Assembly: GCA_002633005.1 (NCBI GenBank)
Contig: NMRA01000162.1
Span: 712,516 to 776,515, forward strand
Reading direction: 5' to 3'
Source of the DNA: Phoronis australis
Lineage: Eukaryota; Animalia; Phoronida
Length of the DNA: 64,000 nucleotides
The position numbers were made by a program, and so were the translations under genes. Below the pieces are notes generated by a model. It searched no databases, was not told the origin of the DNA, and saw nothing but the letters and a program-made list of their open reading frames with translations. This document shows, in pieces, positions 11,391 to 23,130 of this stretch; positions within the stretch are counted from its first letter, which is position 1; each line of letters starts with the position of its first letter.

Positions 11391-13127
11391 TTATTGTTAT
11401 ACGGTGAATTACTAATATGAGTACATTGAATGTGTGGATCTATTGAAAAAGTTCACAACGGTTTATGTCTGTACTTCGGGAGAAAGTTTACCGATATGCA
11501 GAAATGATTTAATACACGACGCTTTTGGTTACTGACAGTCTTTAGACTACCAGAGGAACGTGAAACCTATGTGAACCTATCTGTCTGTGATGTAGTTGCT
11601 GCAGACAAGGACTTTCTCGCACTTGACATTGATGTTCCTTTTAGAGCCAAGTTTGACACCAAGAAAATTGAGTTGGAAAATTTGTATAATGATATTTTGC
11701 GACTGAAAGCTGATGGGTTTCTCAGTGTTAACACTAACATATATATACATGTATGAGAACCGCTTCGCTTTGAAGGCACTAATTGTCGCAACAAAAATCA
11801 TCAGTGTGCTCTCTCCAGCCGTCTGTTATAGATGCTTCCAAAAGCTTTAAAAAAGAAATGATAATATCGTTAATCCCTGAGAAGTCTGCTCAGTATCATC
11901 TTATTTAAAACAAAGATGACTATTCCGATAGTCTATTAGTAGTATGTGACCCTAAAAAATAATCATCATTAGTCGGGCATCCCTCATTGAGCTTCAATAA
12001 ACATGAATTCAGTCGTCCATGGCTATAAATGCTGAGGCTGGTCGTCGAATTATCTAGTCTGAATTCGAAGGTGACTACTCCGAAGGTTATCTCTATCGTA
12101 ACCCCAAAATGAACACAAAAAGTTGTTCCGGTTCTACGGCCGACAATATCCCAAGAGCTGACGCCATCTCACAAGACAGCAAAGCATCTTGATAACATCA
12201 TTCAGAGTCGTTACTCCATTAAATCATTGATATGTTGTGCACACAAGTGTCATCCAACTGCCTATTTTTTGTTTATTCAAGAGGTAGATCGCATAACACA
12301 AACACTGAAACACTGAAACACTGGTGAATAATGGGTACACCAATGCTTTGGTAGACCTCCAAATAAAGCCATTCATGTCCAGAATCAATTGTGAAGTCCC
12401 TGAACGTCGGACCGGTGTGACCAAAAAGGTTTTTTTACAAGAAAATATTTTATGAAAATCCTTATGGTTAATGTTAAAGTTTGTAAGCCCGATGATTACC
12501 TCGATGTTATTATTCATTATTGGAATTGTACGTCCTCCAACTCTGGTCGTGAAACCTATTTTTTCTAAAGCGGAAGTCCGTCCCGTTGCCCCGTGTACTA
12601 TTGTTAATGAGATTGTATGCCCTATGAACAAATGTCTTCATTCAAATGTCAGACAATGTTGCATTAGTCAAGCGGTTTGCAGTCTTTTCCGTCCGTTTTT
12701 TATTCAGCTTTAAAGTGGCGCCATCCAAGAACTTTCTGCGATGTCAAGAACGTAAAATCACCCGTCAAGAAATTGTGGAAAACACGTCAATTCGGTACGC
12801 AGAGCACGATGTGCGATTGAAAGTATCGGGTCTCTTGATTGCATTTGAAAAGCCCGTTTTGAATGAACAGTAAATACGGTCGGAACGCACGTTACTTTTG
12901 TTTGCCTGGATTTCCTGATAACCCCCTTCATTTGTCATTCTTTGCAGTATTTCAAACCTGCCGTGTCCCACTGTGTATGTCTCCAGCCTGTGCTCTGTTG
13001 TGGTATTATGCGTCATTTTATTGCCACGTGAGAGTGTTGTTGATATTGGATCATAAACCAAGGAATATTCTTATGCCTCACTTGATTAATTCATAACTGA
13101 TTCAATTGGAGCTTCCAGTCCACTGAT

Positions 13128-13478
13128 TCAACTGGTTGTGTCTGTAAACAGTGCCACGATTTTTTTCACAGCCTCCTCCATGGGTTCGGGGCGAGAGCCT
13201 CCTCCCGTTTTCTTCACCTCTCTTTGCAGTTGGTTCTTTGAGGCTCTCGCCCCAGACACCATGTGCCTCCACTTTCCCTTTGTGTCATATGCTGTTCTGT
13301 TTGCTGTTCCCAGACTTGTGATTTTGGATGCTATGTCTTCCCAAAATGAGTTCTTTTCGGCCTTCGTCACCTTCTGACTGAACATGCTGTTAATTACTTG
13401 CAAGTTTGACTCTGCAAGTTCAGTCAGAAGGTTGATTTCGTGCTTTGTCCAATTGCAAAATCTTTTCTTTTCAGCCAT
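13128..13478 (-). CDS. Harbinger Myb/SANT-like DNA-binding protein (possibly truncated or first exon)
   Basis: MAEKKRFCNWTKHEINLL...KNSFWEDIASKI...RTAYDTKGKWRHM...KKTGGG. Confidence 0.85.
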   Translation of the reverse strand: MAEKKRFCNWTKHEINLLTELAESNLQVINSMFSQKVTKAEKNSFWEDIASKITSLGTANRTAYDTKGKWRHMVSGARASKNQLQREVKKTGGGSRPEPMEEAVKKIVALFTDTTS

Positions 13479-14218
13479 TTTGTCTGTGCCATGGTAACAG
13501 GAATTATGGGTATTGCCTTATATGGTATCCAATTTGGCTATCCACCGTATAACATAGATATCCGCCGGATAGTTATCCGAACCTTATCCAAGCTTTGTGC
13601 AACCCAAATTTATACGCCGGATAACTATTCGGCGTATAAATCTTATCCGTCCTATAAGCTCTTATCAGCCGGGTAGTTATACAGACTTTTATGCAACCGG
13701 GCCCTAGATAATTGGAGCATCAAGCTATCACAGCCCGCACACTTTTGCTTGAAGGGCGGTCGCCCCCTGCTTCTTACACCTTTCTTGGAAAGACATTTTG
13801 GTTTATACTGGTACTTTCAGGAGACCAATATTATGTTTGTTAGTTTCTGACCACATGGACAAAATTCTGCAATTTTTCTACGTGTCCTCCATCCAATTGC
13901 CATGTTTAACCTGGAGACCACGGGTTATTGAGTCACCCCCTGGTTCTGATGTACACGTACATCCTGTCATTGATATTAGCTTCAGTTCCCAGTTTTTACG
14001 ATTACATCTTGCCCATGTGTGTGTATTTTCAATACTCCGCTAAATGTTTATGTTCTCAATATTTTAGGCAAACACGTACAATTTTGAATTTGACAAAATA
14101 AAACCGACCATGGTAGTTGATGACTCCCGTACATGTACATGTACCTCCGTAATTCATCGGAGCACACTCTCCCTAGGTGTAGGTACGGTCCATGACAAAA
14201 TAATGAACGTCTTTCATA

Positions 14219-14604
14219 TGTGACGGGACGTTCGTAACTTTACGTTTAGTTAGTTGCAAATGTTCAGTTATTCTTATGCTAATGTCTTTGTTGTGTCTCA
14301 GAGCACCTTTGTTACGTGGGCATGCGGGTGCGACTGTATGTGTCGGGCACTTTGCTAGCGACAGGCTTAGGAGAAGGGTGTTTCCTTCCTTTGCCTTCAT
14401 AAAATTGATCGTTATTATGTGTAACTGAACTGAAACGTATGCCGGCTGAGATATTTTCTCTGACGACGTGTGCAAAATTATGACTGTGCTACAACCTTGC
14501 ATGGAAAGTTGAACTGCTTACTGAATTTACAAGATTTGTGTCAAGGCTCCGGTAGGAATTTTCTGGAAAGGACAATGTCTTAATTTGCTACTATAGTGGT
14601 CACA
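14219..14604 (+). repeat. 5' LTR of Gypsy 1
   Basis: TGTGA...TCACA termini; first 226 bp match 22230-22455; followed by a degenerate PBS-like tggtg. Confidence 0.85.
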
Positions 14605-14892
14605 AGTTCGTGGTGGTGTCTGGAACAGATCGTCGTGCTCGCCAAGAACGGAACTTTCTGGACTATGTGTTTGACGACGCCCTATCCTGCTGTAAACTAA
14701 ACTCAGTTGAATTTTGTGTCACTGAAAATGTTTTTGTGTTACTGTTGTTTGACATAAGTTCACTTAATGCGCCTGGTATTGAGAGTTCTTTAATTTCTTA
14801 AGCTAGTGTATTTTCATGCTGTAGGTCAAGTTTTCTCACATTATTGGGGTGATTCTAAGTTTGTTTATGTTCCTTATATTTCATCCTTTGTC

Positions 14893-16100
14893 ATGGATTC
14901 GCTGTGTGACAAATGTGTGATTATTGGTGAGGTACCAGAGTGTGAGGATGTCGAGTTGTTGAATTTTCTGCCCGCTGAAATTCCCAATGGCGTTAAGCAT
15001 GCTTGGCGAGTTAACTTATTCTTTTACATCGTCTTTGATTCTGACAAAATAGTTAACAAGTGTGTTAATTTTGTACGTAAGGACCATTTCAAGAAATTCA
15101 AATTGATAAATTTCAAAAGCAACTGGTACTGATGAGTCATTTCTCCGTGAATGTGCCGGTAAAAGTGATGAAAACATGTCCTCGTTGATTTCATTGATAG
15201 GGGAGATGTCTCCTGTTCAAAAGAATACTGTGGTCATCTGTTGTTGGATCCGGCGACCCTAACAGTGTTGAGAGTAAACATGCGTCTTCAAGTGTGAACT
15301 CATGGGGTAATGTTTTTCATATGGACCTTGTTCGCTTAGCCGCATTTTCAGGTAGTGAGAGCTTGTGTATTTCCTTTCAACAGCGGTTAGGCGAAGTGCA
15401 GTGTTTGCAGGTTACGTTGCAAAACGATGGTTTTCTGAAAAAACCGATCAGACCCTCGTTGAGGGGCAGTGCGGCTGAATTGCTTGAATCTGATTTGTCT
15501 GAAAACGAATTGCTTAGTAAATTAAACTCTAGATACGGTGATGTGTTACCTGTTGGAAAAATTCTACAGTTCTAGACAGGATAAAAAAGATAGCGTTACC
15601 CAATGGGCTGGGCGCTTAGAGAAAAATGTCTGAATCATGCCCCATTCCGAAAGAGGCGCTGCCATCTGTGCTAAAATCACATTTTGTGTCCGGTTTGCTG
15701 TCAAATGACGTCAGACTTGGTCTAAAGCATTTTGTGGACGAGCTACTGATTTGCGCCCGTCGTTTAGACACTGAGTTCAGCATAAAATCGCAGTCACACC
15801 ACTCTCTTGATAGTGGTGATAAAACTTATAAAATGGTCACTATGATCGATGCCTTGGCTAAAAGAATAGAGAAACTTGAAGGTAGTTTCACTCGAAATAG
15901 GTCCAATGTTTTCAACGAGAACTCTAGGTTCCGCAGACAACCCTATGGTAACGTGAACCGGCAACGTTCGGAACAACAGAGTATTTGCCAATCTACTGAT
16001 GTGCGGGCTGACAGCTCTTTACCCAGATTTGACGGTGTTTGTTTCCGGTGCCATGAATACGGTCATAGGGCTGCCAATTGCACGGTTGCTTTAAACTTCA
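14893..16100 (+). pseudogene. Gag (PNMA-like) with CCHC knuckle
   Basis: IRPSLRGSAAELL...KLNSRYGDV; LKSHFVSGL; CFRCHEYGHRAANC. Confidence 0.8.
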
Positions 16101-16179
16101 TTCGGTCGTCGACAGGGGGGGTTTCCAACCGATCGCATGGAAACCCCCCCTCAGTAGGCTTAGTATGGGAATCCTTTGA

Positions 16180-18350
16180 AAAGGAATTGATGATTTCAAA
16201 TGTGAGATGCATATGTTTCCTCGATACTGGTTCTAGAGTAAGTACGATCTCCGACAGCTTGTGTCAGCATATTGGTTTGTCTCTGCTGCCTATTTCAGAT
16301 ATTACTCGACCTTTGCGTGTTGAAAACGCCAACGGAGAAGCTTTGCCTTACAAGGCTTAGTTTCACTGTTGGAGTAACCGATACCGATGAGTCAATTGAT
16401 GTTTTGTTTTTGGTTGTTCCAAACACTTCTTATAATTTACGTGTTCCTGTTATAGTGGGTACTAATGCTTTGCGTGTTTTGATCGATCTCGTTGATAATG
16501 ACAATCGCACGGACTGGTTGCTGCTGTTGAAAAATGTCATGTTTAATCGTTAAACCTCTCCCAGGCGTAGTTAAGACTGATAAAACTGTTACCATTCCGT
16601 CTGGGATGTCCCAAATAATCGATGCATGTACATGTATTTGTGTTAACCCATATACATCTTCTAGTTTACAGGTTGTCACCGAAGATTATAGTTCACTGTC
16701 ACTTCCTAGAAACTTGCAGATGTGGCCCACATTGCATGAGATTAACCCTGGGGATCATACGATTCCTGTTAGAGTCGCGAATGTGGGTTGTAAGTCTGTT
16801 ACTGTTCCTGCTGGTTCAAGCATCTGCAGCATGGTACCGGTGGATCAGACGGCAGCTGAAATTCCCTGTTCTGACTCAGCCGAGAATTCTGAGGAGTTCA
16901 TAATAAACCCAGATTTAAGTATTGAGCAGCGCGCCCGAGCCACAAGCTTACTCAATGAATATCAAGATATTTTTGCGCAGAATGATTTGGATCTTAGTCA
17001 TGTTACTCAGGTTCAGCAAAAGATACATTTGACAAGCGATGCTACTTTTAAACACCGACATCGCTCTATTCCTCCTAACATGTTGGAGGAAGTTAGAGCT
17101 CACTTAAAGGATATGTTGCAACTGGGGGTTATCAGACCGTCCACTAGTCCATATGCTTCTAGTGTTGTCTTAGAACGTAAAAAGTCTGGAGAGTTGCGAT
17201 TTTGCTTAGATTTTCGTAAATTGAACGAGATCACGGTAAAGGATGTTTATGCTTTGCCTCTTGCTACTGAAAATTTGCATACGCTCCATGGTTCTCAATA
17301 TTTTTCAACTCTTGACATGAAATCTGCTTATTGGCAGGTAGATATAGCAGAGGAAGACAAACATAAAACGGCATTCACTGTAGGTCCACTCGGATTTTAC
17401 GAGTGCAATAGACTTCCGCAACGTTTCAACAAGTGATGGAAATGTGTATGGGGGACTTGTATATGTCTGAGTGTTTGATATTGTTGGACGATATTTTCGT
17501 GTTTAGTGATACATTTGAGAATCATCTAACCCGACTGAGAAATGTGTTTCAACGCGTAGGTGAGTTTGGCAAGAAACTTAAGCCGTCAAAATGCGAGTTC
17601 TTTAAGCAGCGAACTGTGTATTTGGGTCACGTGATTTTTCAACAAGGGGTCGAATGTGATCCTGATAAGATAGCGGTTGTGTTGGATTGGCCTGTTCCAA
17701 AGTGTGTGAAAGACGCGCAAAGTGTTTTAGGTTTCGTGGGTTTTTACCGACGCTTTATTCAAGACTTTGCATCACTTGCTCAGCCTCGTGATGCACTTAC
17801 AAAGGGAGTAACGGGTCGTAAACGTAATTCTTCCGATACCTCGAATGGACTGTTTGTTTGGGGTGATGAAGAACAGTATTCTTTTGAAGAACTTAAACGC
17901 AGGTGCACGAGTAGCCCGGTACTGGCATTTGCTGATTTTACGCAGCCATTTTCTGTGCACATTGACGCCAGCATGACGTCGTTAGGTGCTGTAGTATATC
18001 AGGAGTCGGGGGATTGATTAGACCCAGTGCCTTGCGAGTCGTTGTTTGAGAGAAGCCGAGAAACTCGATCCTGTACATAACCTTGAGTTTCTGGCTCTTA
18101 AGTGGGCCATAACGTCTAAGTTTCACGATTACCTATACGGCGGTTTGCCGTTTGTAGTGTACACTGACAATAATCCTGGTACATATGTATTGTCTACAGC
18201 TAAGCTGGATGAATGCTCTCAGAGGTGGGTTTCTGAATGAGCGAATTATATTTTTCAGATTGTGTACAAGACTGGTAAGTCAAACTTAGACGCTGACGCG
18301 CTATCAAGAATAGTGTGGCCTGATCACGGCCAGGCTTTGCTTTGTGGTGT
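16180..18350 (+). pseudogene. Pol: protease, RT and RNase H
   Basis: FLDTGS; LRFCLDFRKLN; TLDMKSAYWQ; LLDDIFVFS; HIDASMTSLGAV; LEFLALKWA; frameshifts and stops. Confidence 0.95.
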
Positions 18351-18355
18351 TACGA

Positions 18356-20760
18356 TAGTCCAGTCATTGTACGGATAACCCGGAAAAAGTGCAACAGAAG
18401 GTTTTATTGCATAAATCGTATCCAAGGAAAGCAGCCACGGTGCACTCTGTGTAGTCTCCCATTTCGCAACCTTTAGTTAAACCTCCTGTTGCTTTAATAC
18501 TTTTCATGAGCATTTGTTCAATTACAAGATCATATCACAATATGACAAGCCTGCCCAGAATCTGTCACTTTGTCTTATGGTTTGTTGGCCGTAGATGTCT
18601 GGACGGGTGTCTTTGAGTTGCTACGTCTGCTTCAGTCAAGTATATAAATGAAGATTTTGCATAAGAGTTGTGACCAGCAGCTGCAAAGTAAGGCAGCATT
18701 TCAGAAACTGCTTTTAGGTGAAGCTCCCAATCAGACGTTATTTCTGCTTTTAAAAAAGTCGAAGGATGTCAATCATCTTCATATACTGTAGTCAAAGACT
18801 AGTGACTCGACTTTGCATGGACAAATCTGATTTATGTGCTTTGATTTTTTATGGACACCCACAAGACACTCCGTCGAGCATACATCGTCGCACACAGACG
18901 TCATGCCAGCAATAAGATCATCATACTGCTTCAGACCAGCTCTCAAATCATCATGAAGAATATCATTGGACATTGAATCTTCTGACGAACTATTCTCTGT
19001 CACTGTGAATTCTGAACACCTATACTCTGATTCAGTCGTGTTTGAATACACCAGTGGCAGTAGGTCGGAAACCAGAAGTGAACTCTCGTGAGGGCATTCC
19101 ATTATAATCCAAGGTTCAGAATCGGAAGACACTGGCTGGGCATGGCATGCCCCATAGTATACATCTAGTTATGTGATCAGTTGGGATGTCTGAGATGTCT
19201 GAAGAATCTGTCTCCATCTTCTGACAGCCAAAATTTGTATACAAGCATTGAACTGCTCTTGGCATGTAATCTGTGTATTCTGTGTTGGTGACATTCCGGA
19301 CTCCTGGAATTTCTGAAGAACCTGAATTTCTTTCTTCATTGGTTTTGGATTGGTGTTACTTGATCTGTCTATATTTGGAAGTGGGATGTTGAATGTTCTG
19401 GCTTTTATGATAGCATTCAGTGCTGAGTCTACCAACATATGCCCCCTCACTGCTCTATCCACACTTTTTCCATTTAACATAAGGATCACACTGTTTGATG
19501 CATACACCGTCTCAAGAACTCCTTGAAGCCCTGTGCTTGACATTACGTATCCAATACATTCCAGAATGCTCATCTCAGTATGAAATCTTCCAAGCCTGGC
19601 TAAGAACAAGTGACTGCAGATCACTGTCGTTTTGTTTGCAGGCACTAATTTGCTCTAAAATCAGTTACCTATGTTTATAAAAAGCATGCATATTAAACAA
19701 ATTGTGGGCCCTAACTATTAAAATTTAATTAATAACTTTTTGTTACACAATCCTATTTGCTTTTCATCAAATTCAGGTGAAATCAGCAGCCAAATTCTCA
19801 ATACATGCCAGCAGCAGACGAAATCGATGCTTGGGAACAACTAATAACATCTCCAACAACAGAGAAAAAAGCCACTTCCTGCCCAATTTTATTAAGGGTT
19901 TGTATAATGAATAAGCCAATAACTCCACCAGAATAACACATTTTTCTAAAAAATATAATTTTTGATACCTCAAATGAATATATTTTACAGAAAAACATAT
20001 GAGTTTGTAAAATCTATTATGAAAATTTAACTAAATCCTTTTCTGAAAAACACACCGACTTTTATGTTATAAAATCTAAAATGTGATTAAAATTCCACAT
20101 TTAGTATATAAATCTTAAAAACGAATTATAGAAACAATCAACTCATTAACCCTGACTGTAGATTGTAAAATAATTTTGTGTAAATGCGTATCAGGTTACA
20201 AACAAAGTTTGCAGAACGTAAATGCGGTAAATTGGGGTTTGTGAATTGGCAGCCATTTTGGCGGCCATTTTGCCAGCCATCTTGATTTTTTTCTCGCAAA
20301 CCAGTGACCAATTGTAAGGTCCAGACATTTTCAATTGTCTAACTTACAAAAGAATAAAACTTTTGCCATTTTCATGTCAAAATATAAAAAGAAATCTTGC
20401 AACATGTACCAAATTGCCGTTTCGGCCGCCATTTTGTCGGCCATAATGGTTTTATTTTACGGAAAATTTGCATCTTATGTGGTATGCCTGTTATGAAAAG
20501 TATATAATCAATGACAAACTTTATTGTTTTATTTTTAGCTGTTACATAAGAGTAATATGCCAGAAAACAGTAAACAGTAAACACCGGTTTTGTCGGCCAT
20601 TTTTTCCGCCATCTTGAAAAACCGACTTCCGCCACTCCGATTTCCGTAGATTTTTTTTCTGACACTAAGGGATGTTTGAAGATGCCATTTATGCAAAAAA
20701 AACTTTCTGTTGCAATTTTTTCTAGGTTGGGCCCTCTGGAGCCCTAGAATGACTGGACTA
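18356..20760 (-). mobile_element. Academ DNA transposon (deleted) inserted in Gypsy 1 pol
   Basis: TIR TAGTCCAGTCATT / AATGACTGGACTA; 3-bp TSD CGA at 18353-18355 and 20761-20763. Confidence 0.92.
18560..19645 (-). pseudogene. Academ transposase remnants
   Basis: ARLGRFHTEMSILECIGYVMSSTGLQGVLETVYA...GKSVDRAVRGH; DWELHLKAVSEMLPYFAAAGHNSYAKS (~18650-18740). Confidence 0.85.
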
Positions 20761-20821
20761 CGACACGGAGTGGGTTGGACACTTCGTCGTCATTCTCCCT
20801 GCTTTACCAAACGCCGAATTA

Positions 20822-22050
20822 GTGAATTTACAACGTAATGATATTATTCTTGGTGGCGTGATGGGATGCTTGCGAGCAAAACGTAAGCCTGATGACACCG
20901 CAGATAGCGGTGTACGGAAATATTTGAGGTATTGGAATGATATTTACTTAGATCGGGGAATGCTGTTCAAAAACAGGGTCTCCTCAGTTGATAATGAAGT
21001 TGTTAGTATGTTAGTTGTGTCACAAGCGCTACGAAGTGAGATTGTGGTGTCTCTGCACGATGGAGGTGGGCACCAAGGCTATGAGAGAACATTTGTCTTG
21101 ATTAGCAATCGCTACTTTTGGGTAGGCATGCAAAAAGATGTGGCAGACTGTTGCAAATCATGTGCGAGGTGTGAAACCGAGGACTATCATGAGTCACTTG
21201 AATGCATGTAGACCCAATGAAGTGTTAGCCGTTGATTTTGCTGTTCTAGAGCTGTCCAGTGACGTTAGGGAAAACGTCTTGGTGATGACTGACGTATTCA
21301 CGAAGTTTACGCAGGTTGTTGTGACACGTAATCAAACTGCCCTAACTGTTGTCAAGGCTCTGACTGATCAATGGTTCAATAAGTTCGGTATTCCGAACAG
21401 GATTCATAGCGATCAGGGTCGCAAGTTTGAAACCGATCTCGTTAAACAGTTGTGTAAATTATATGACATTCAGAAATCCCGTACAACTCCATATCATCCT
21501 GAGGGAAATTCACAGTGTGAGCGTTTTAATAGCACATTGCATAATCTGTTGAAAATTTTGCCAATTGATCACAAGCGTAAATGGCCGGAGTATGTACACA
21601 TGTACATGATCCGGTGATGTCGTATAATTCTACCCACACAGCACTACTAAGAACTCTCCGTTTTTCTTGTTCTTTAGCAGGGAACCGAAATTGCCTTCGG
21701 ATGTTCTCCTGCGGTTTGATGCAGCAAATGAGTATGTAAAGTTAAGAGCAGATAAAATGAAAGACGCTTGGCTGCGTGCTCGGTATTTTACTGATTCTTC
21801 GAATGATAGAAATAAAGCTAGACATGATACACGTGTGTTCGCCCAATCACTTCCGTTTGGTGCAACGGTATTTCTGAGAGACCACAGTATCATAGGGAAG
21901 AACAAAATTCAGAATGCATTTGGTTCAGTTCCTAATCGTATTGTCTCTCGGAGAAATAATATGTATGCTGTGTGGGCGGCAGATGGTGCCGGACCGATTA
22001 AAACTGTGAATAGGTCGGGGATCTTGGATGGTAGGGACTTGGTAGGTCTT
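20822..22050 (+). pseudogene. Gypsy integrase
   Basis: LHDGGGHQG...CKSCARC zinc motif; [21 protein letters not shown] catalytic triad. Confidence 0.95.
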
Positions 22051-22229
22051 TGGTATTTTGAATGTTGCTGCTGTTGCAAGTGCGCCAGGCGTTGCCGAGC
22101 TGAAAGTGGAATGTACGTTGTGATGTCTGTAGCCAGTACGAGGAGACTGAATGATTCCATTTCACTGCGCTTTGTTTTCTTATTGTATGTTAATGATGTC
22201 GGGACGACATTTTTTGTTAGGGGGGAGAA

Positions 22230-22455
22230 TGTGACGGGACGTTCGTAACTTTACGTTTATTTAGTTGCAAATATTCAGTTATTGTTATGCTAATAACTTT
22301 GTTGCGTCTCAGTGCGCCTTTGTTACGTGGGCATGCGGGCGCGACTGTATGTGTCGGGCACTTCGCTAGCGACAGGCTTAGGAGAAGGGTGTTTCCTTCC
22401 TTTGCCTTCATGAAAATTGATCGTTATCATGTGTAACTGAACTGAAACGTATGCC
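22230..22455 (+). repeat. 3' LTR of Gypsy 1, truncated
   Basis: High identity to 14219-14443, preceded by a PPT. Confidence 0.92.
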
Positions 22456-22909
22456 TATTATGAGATGAAATACACATTTTGAAGTTCAGTGGAGACTTGC
22501 TCTGTTACAGATACATGTACATGTACTGTATTAGTTCAGGAAGAAATCCTGTTGCTGCATATTAAGTATTGAAAGTGAACACTTTCATTACATAATTAGT
22601 GTAAGTCATATCGCTTACCGTACTTAGGCGTAACTTCTTCGGGTCTTCCATGGGGCCAAATCTCTACACTTAATGAGACGTTACAGTTGACAGCACGGTA
22701 GAAAAACATGATACAGCCTACACCCCACTCTAAATCTATTGTCGGACTTGCTAGTTCAGCTCTTGTCGGATGCTGTGCTTGTAAGTACCAAAATGTGCCT
22801 TCAACGAGAGATACAGTGTATAAAGCACACGTGACTGCAGCGTGGGATAGAAATGTTCTTACACAATTGACGAGCATTTTCGGTCACACCTAGAACTGCT
22901 GAATGGTAT

Positions 22910-23130
22910 TTAGTTTCTGTTACTGTGCGCGTATAGGCGCATAGTAATCTTCCTCATGTGTTTACTTCTTGTTTTTCTTATTCTCATTACTTTGCGCGTG
23001 TTGGATCAGAGTATTGTTGTTCCAGGATTTTCTTTCTAATTCTTATTCTTCTTATTCGTATTCTTCTTGCGACCAAGGTTGACGCTTAACAACTCCAAAT
23101 TGAGTGCAGGTACATCCAATTTGGGCACAA
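22910..23130 (+). mobile_element. HINE/Helentron-like 5' fragment
   Basis: Hairpin ttactgtgcgc-gtatag-gcgcatagtaa (22920-22947) followed by a TTC/TTA-rich microsatellite. Confidence 0.4.

Larger units (their letters stand above)
9011..13704 (+). mobile_element. PIF/Harbinger DNA transposon copy 1 (composite, defective)
   Basis: TIR GGGCCCGGTTGCATAAAA / TTTTATGCAACCGGGCCC; subterminal TTATCCGGCGTATAA repeats; convergent DDE transposase and Myb/SANT genes. Confidence 0.95.
14219..22455 (+). mobile_element. Ty3/Gypsy LTR retrotransposon 1 (defective)
   Basis: Matching LTRs starting TGTGACGGGACG; PPT at 22219-22229; domain order gag-PR-RT-RH-IN. Confidence 0.97.

Noticed and set aside
12570-12610. 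LTIVHGATGRTS resembling a Walker A motif
   Set aside because: Lacks GK[ST] spacing and has no supporting downstream motifs
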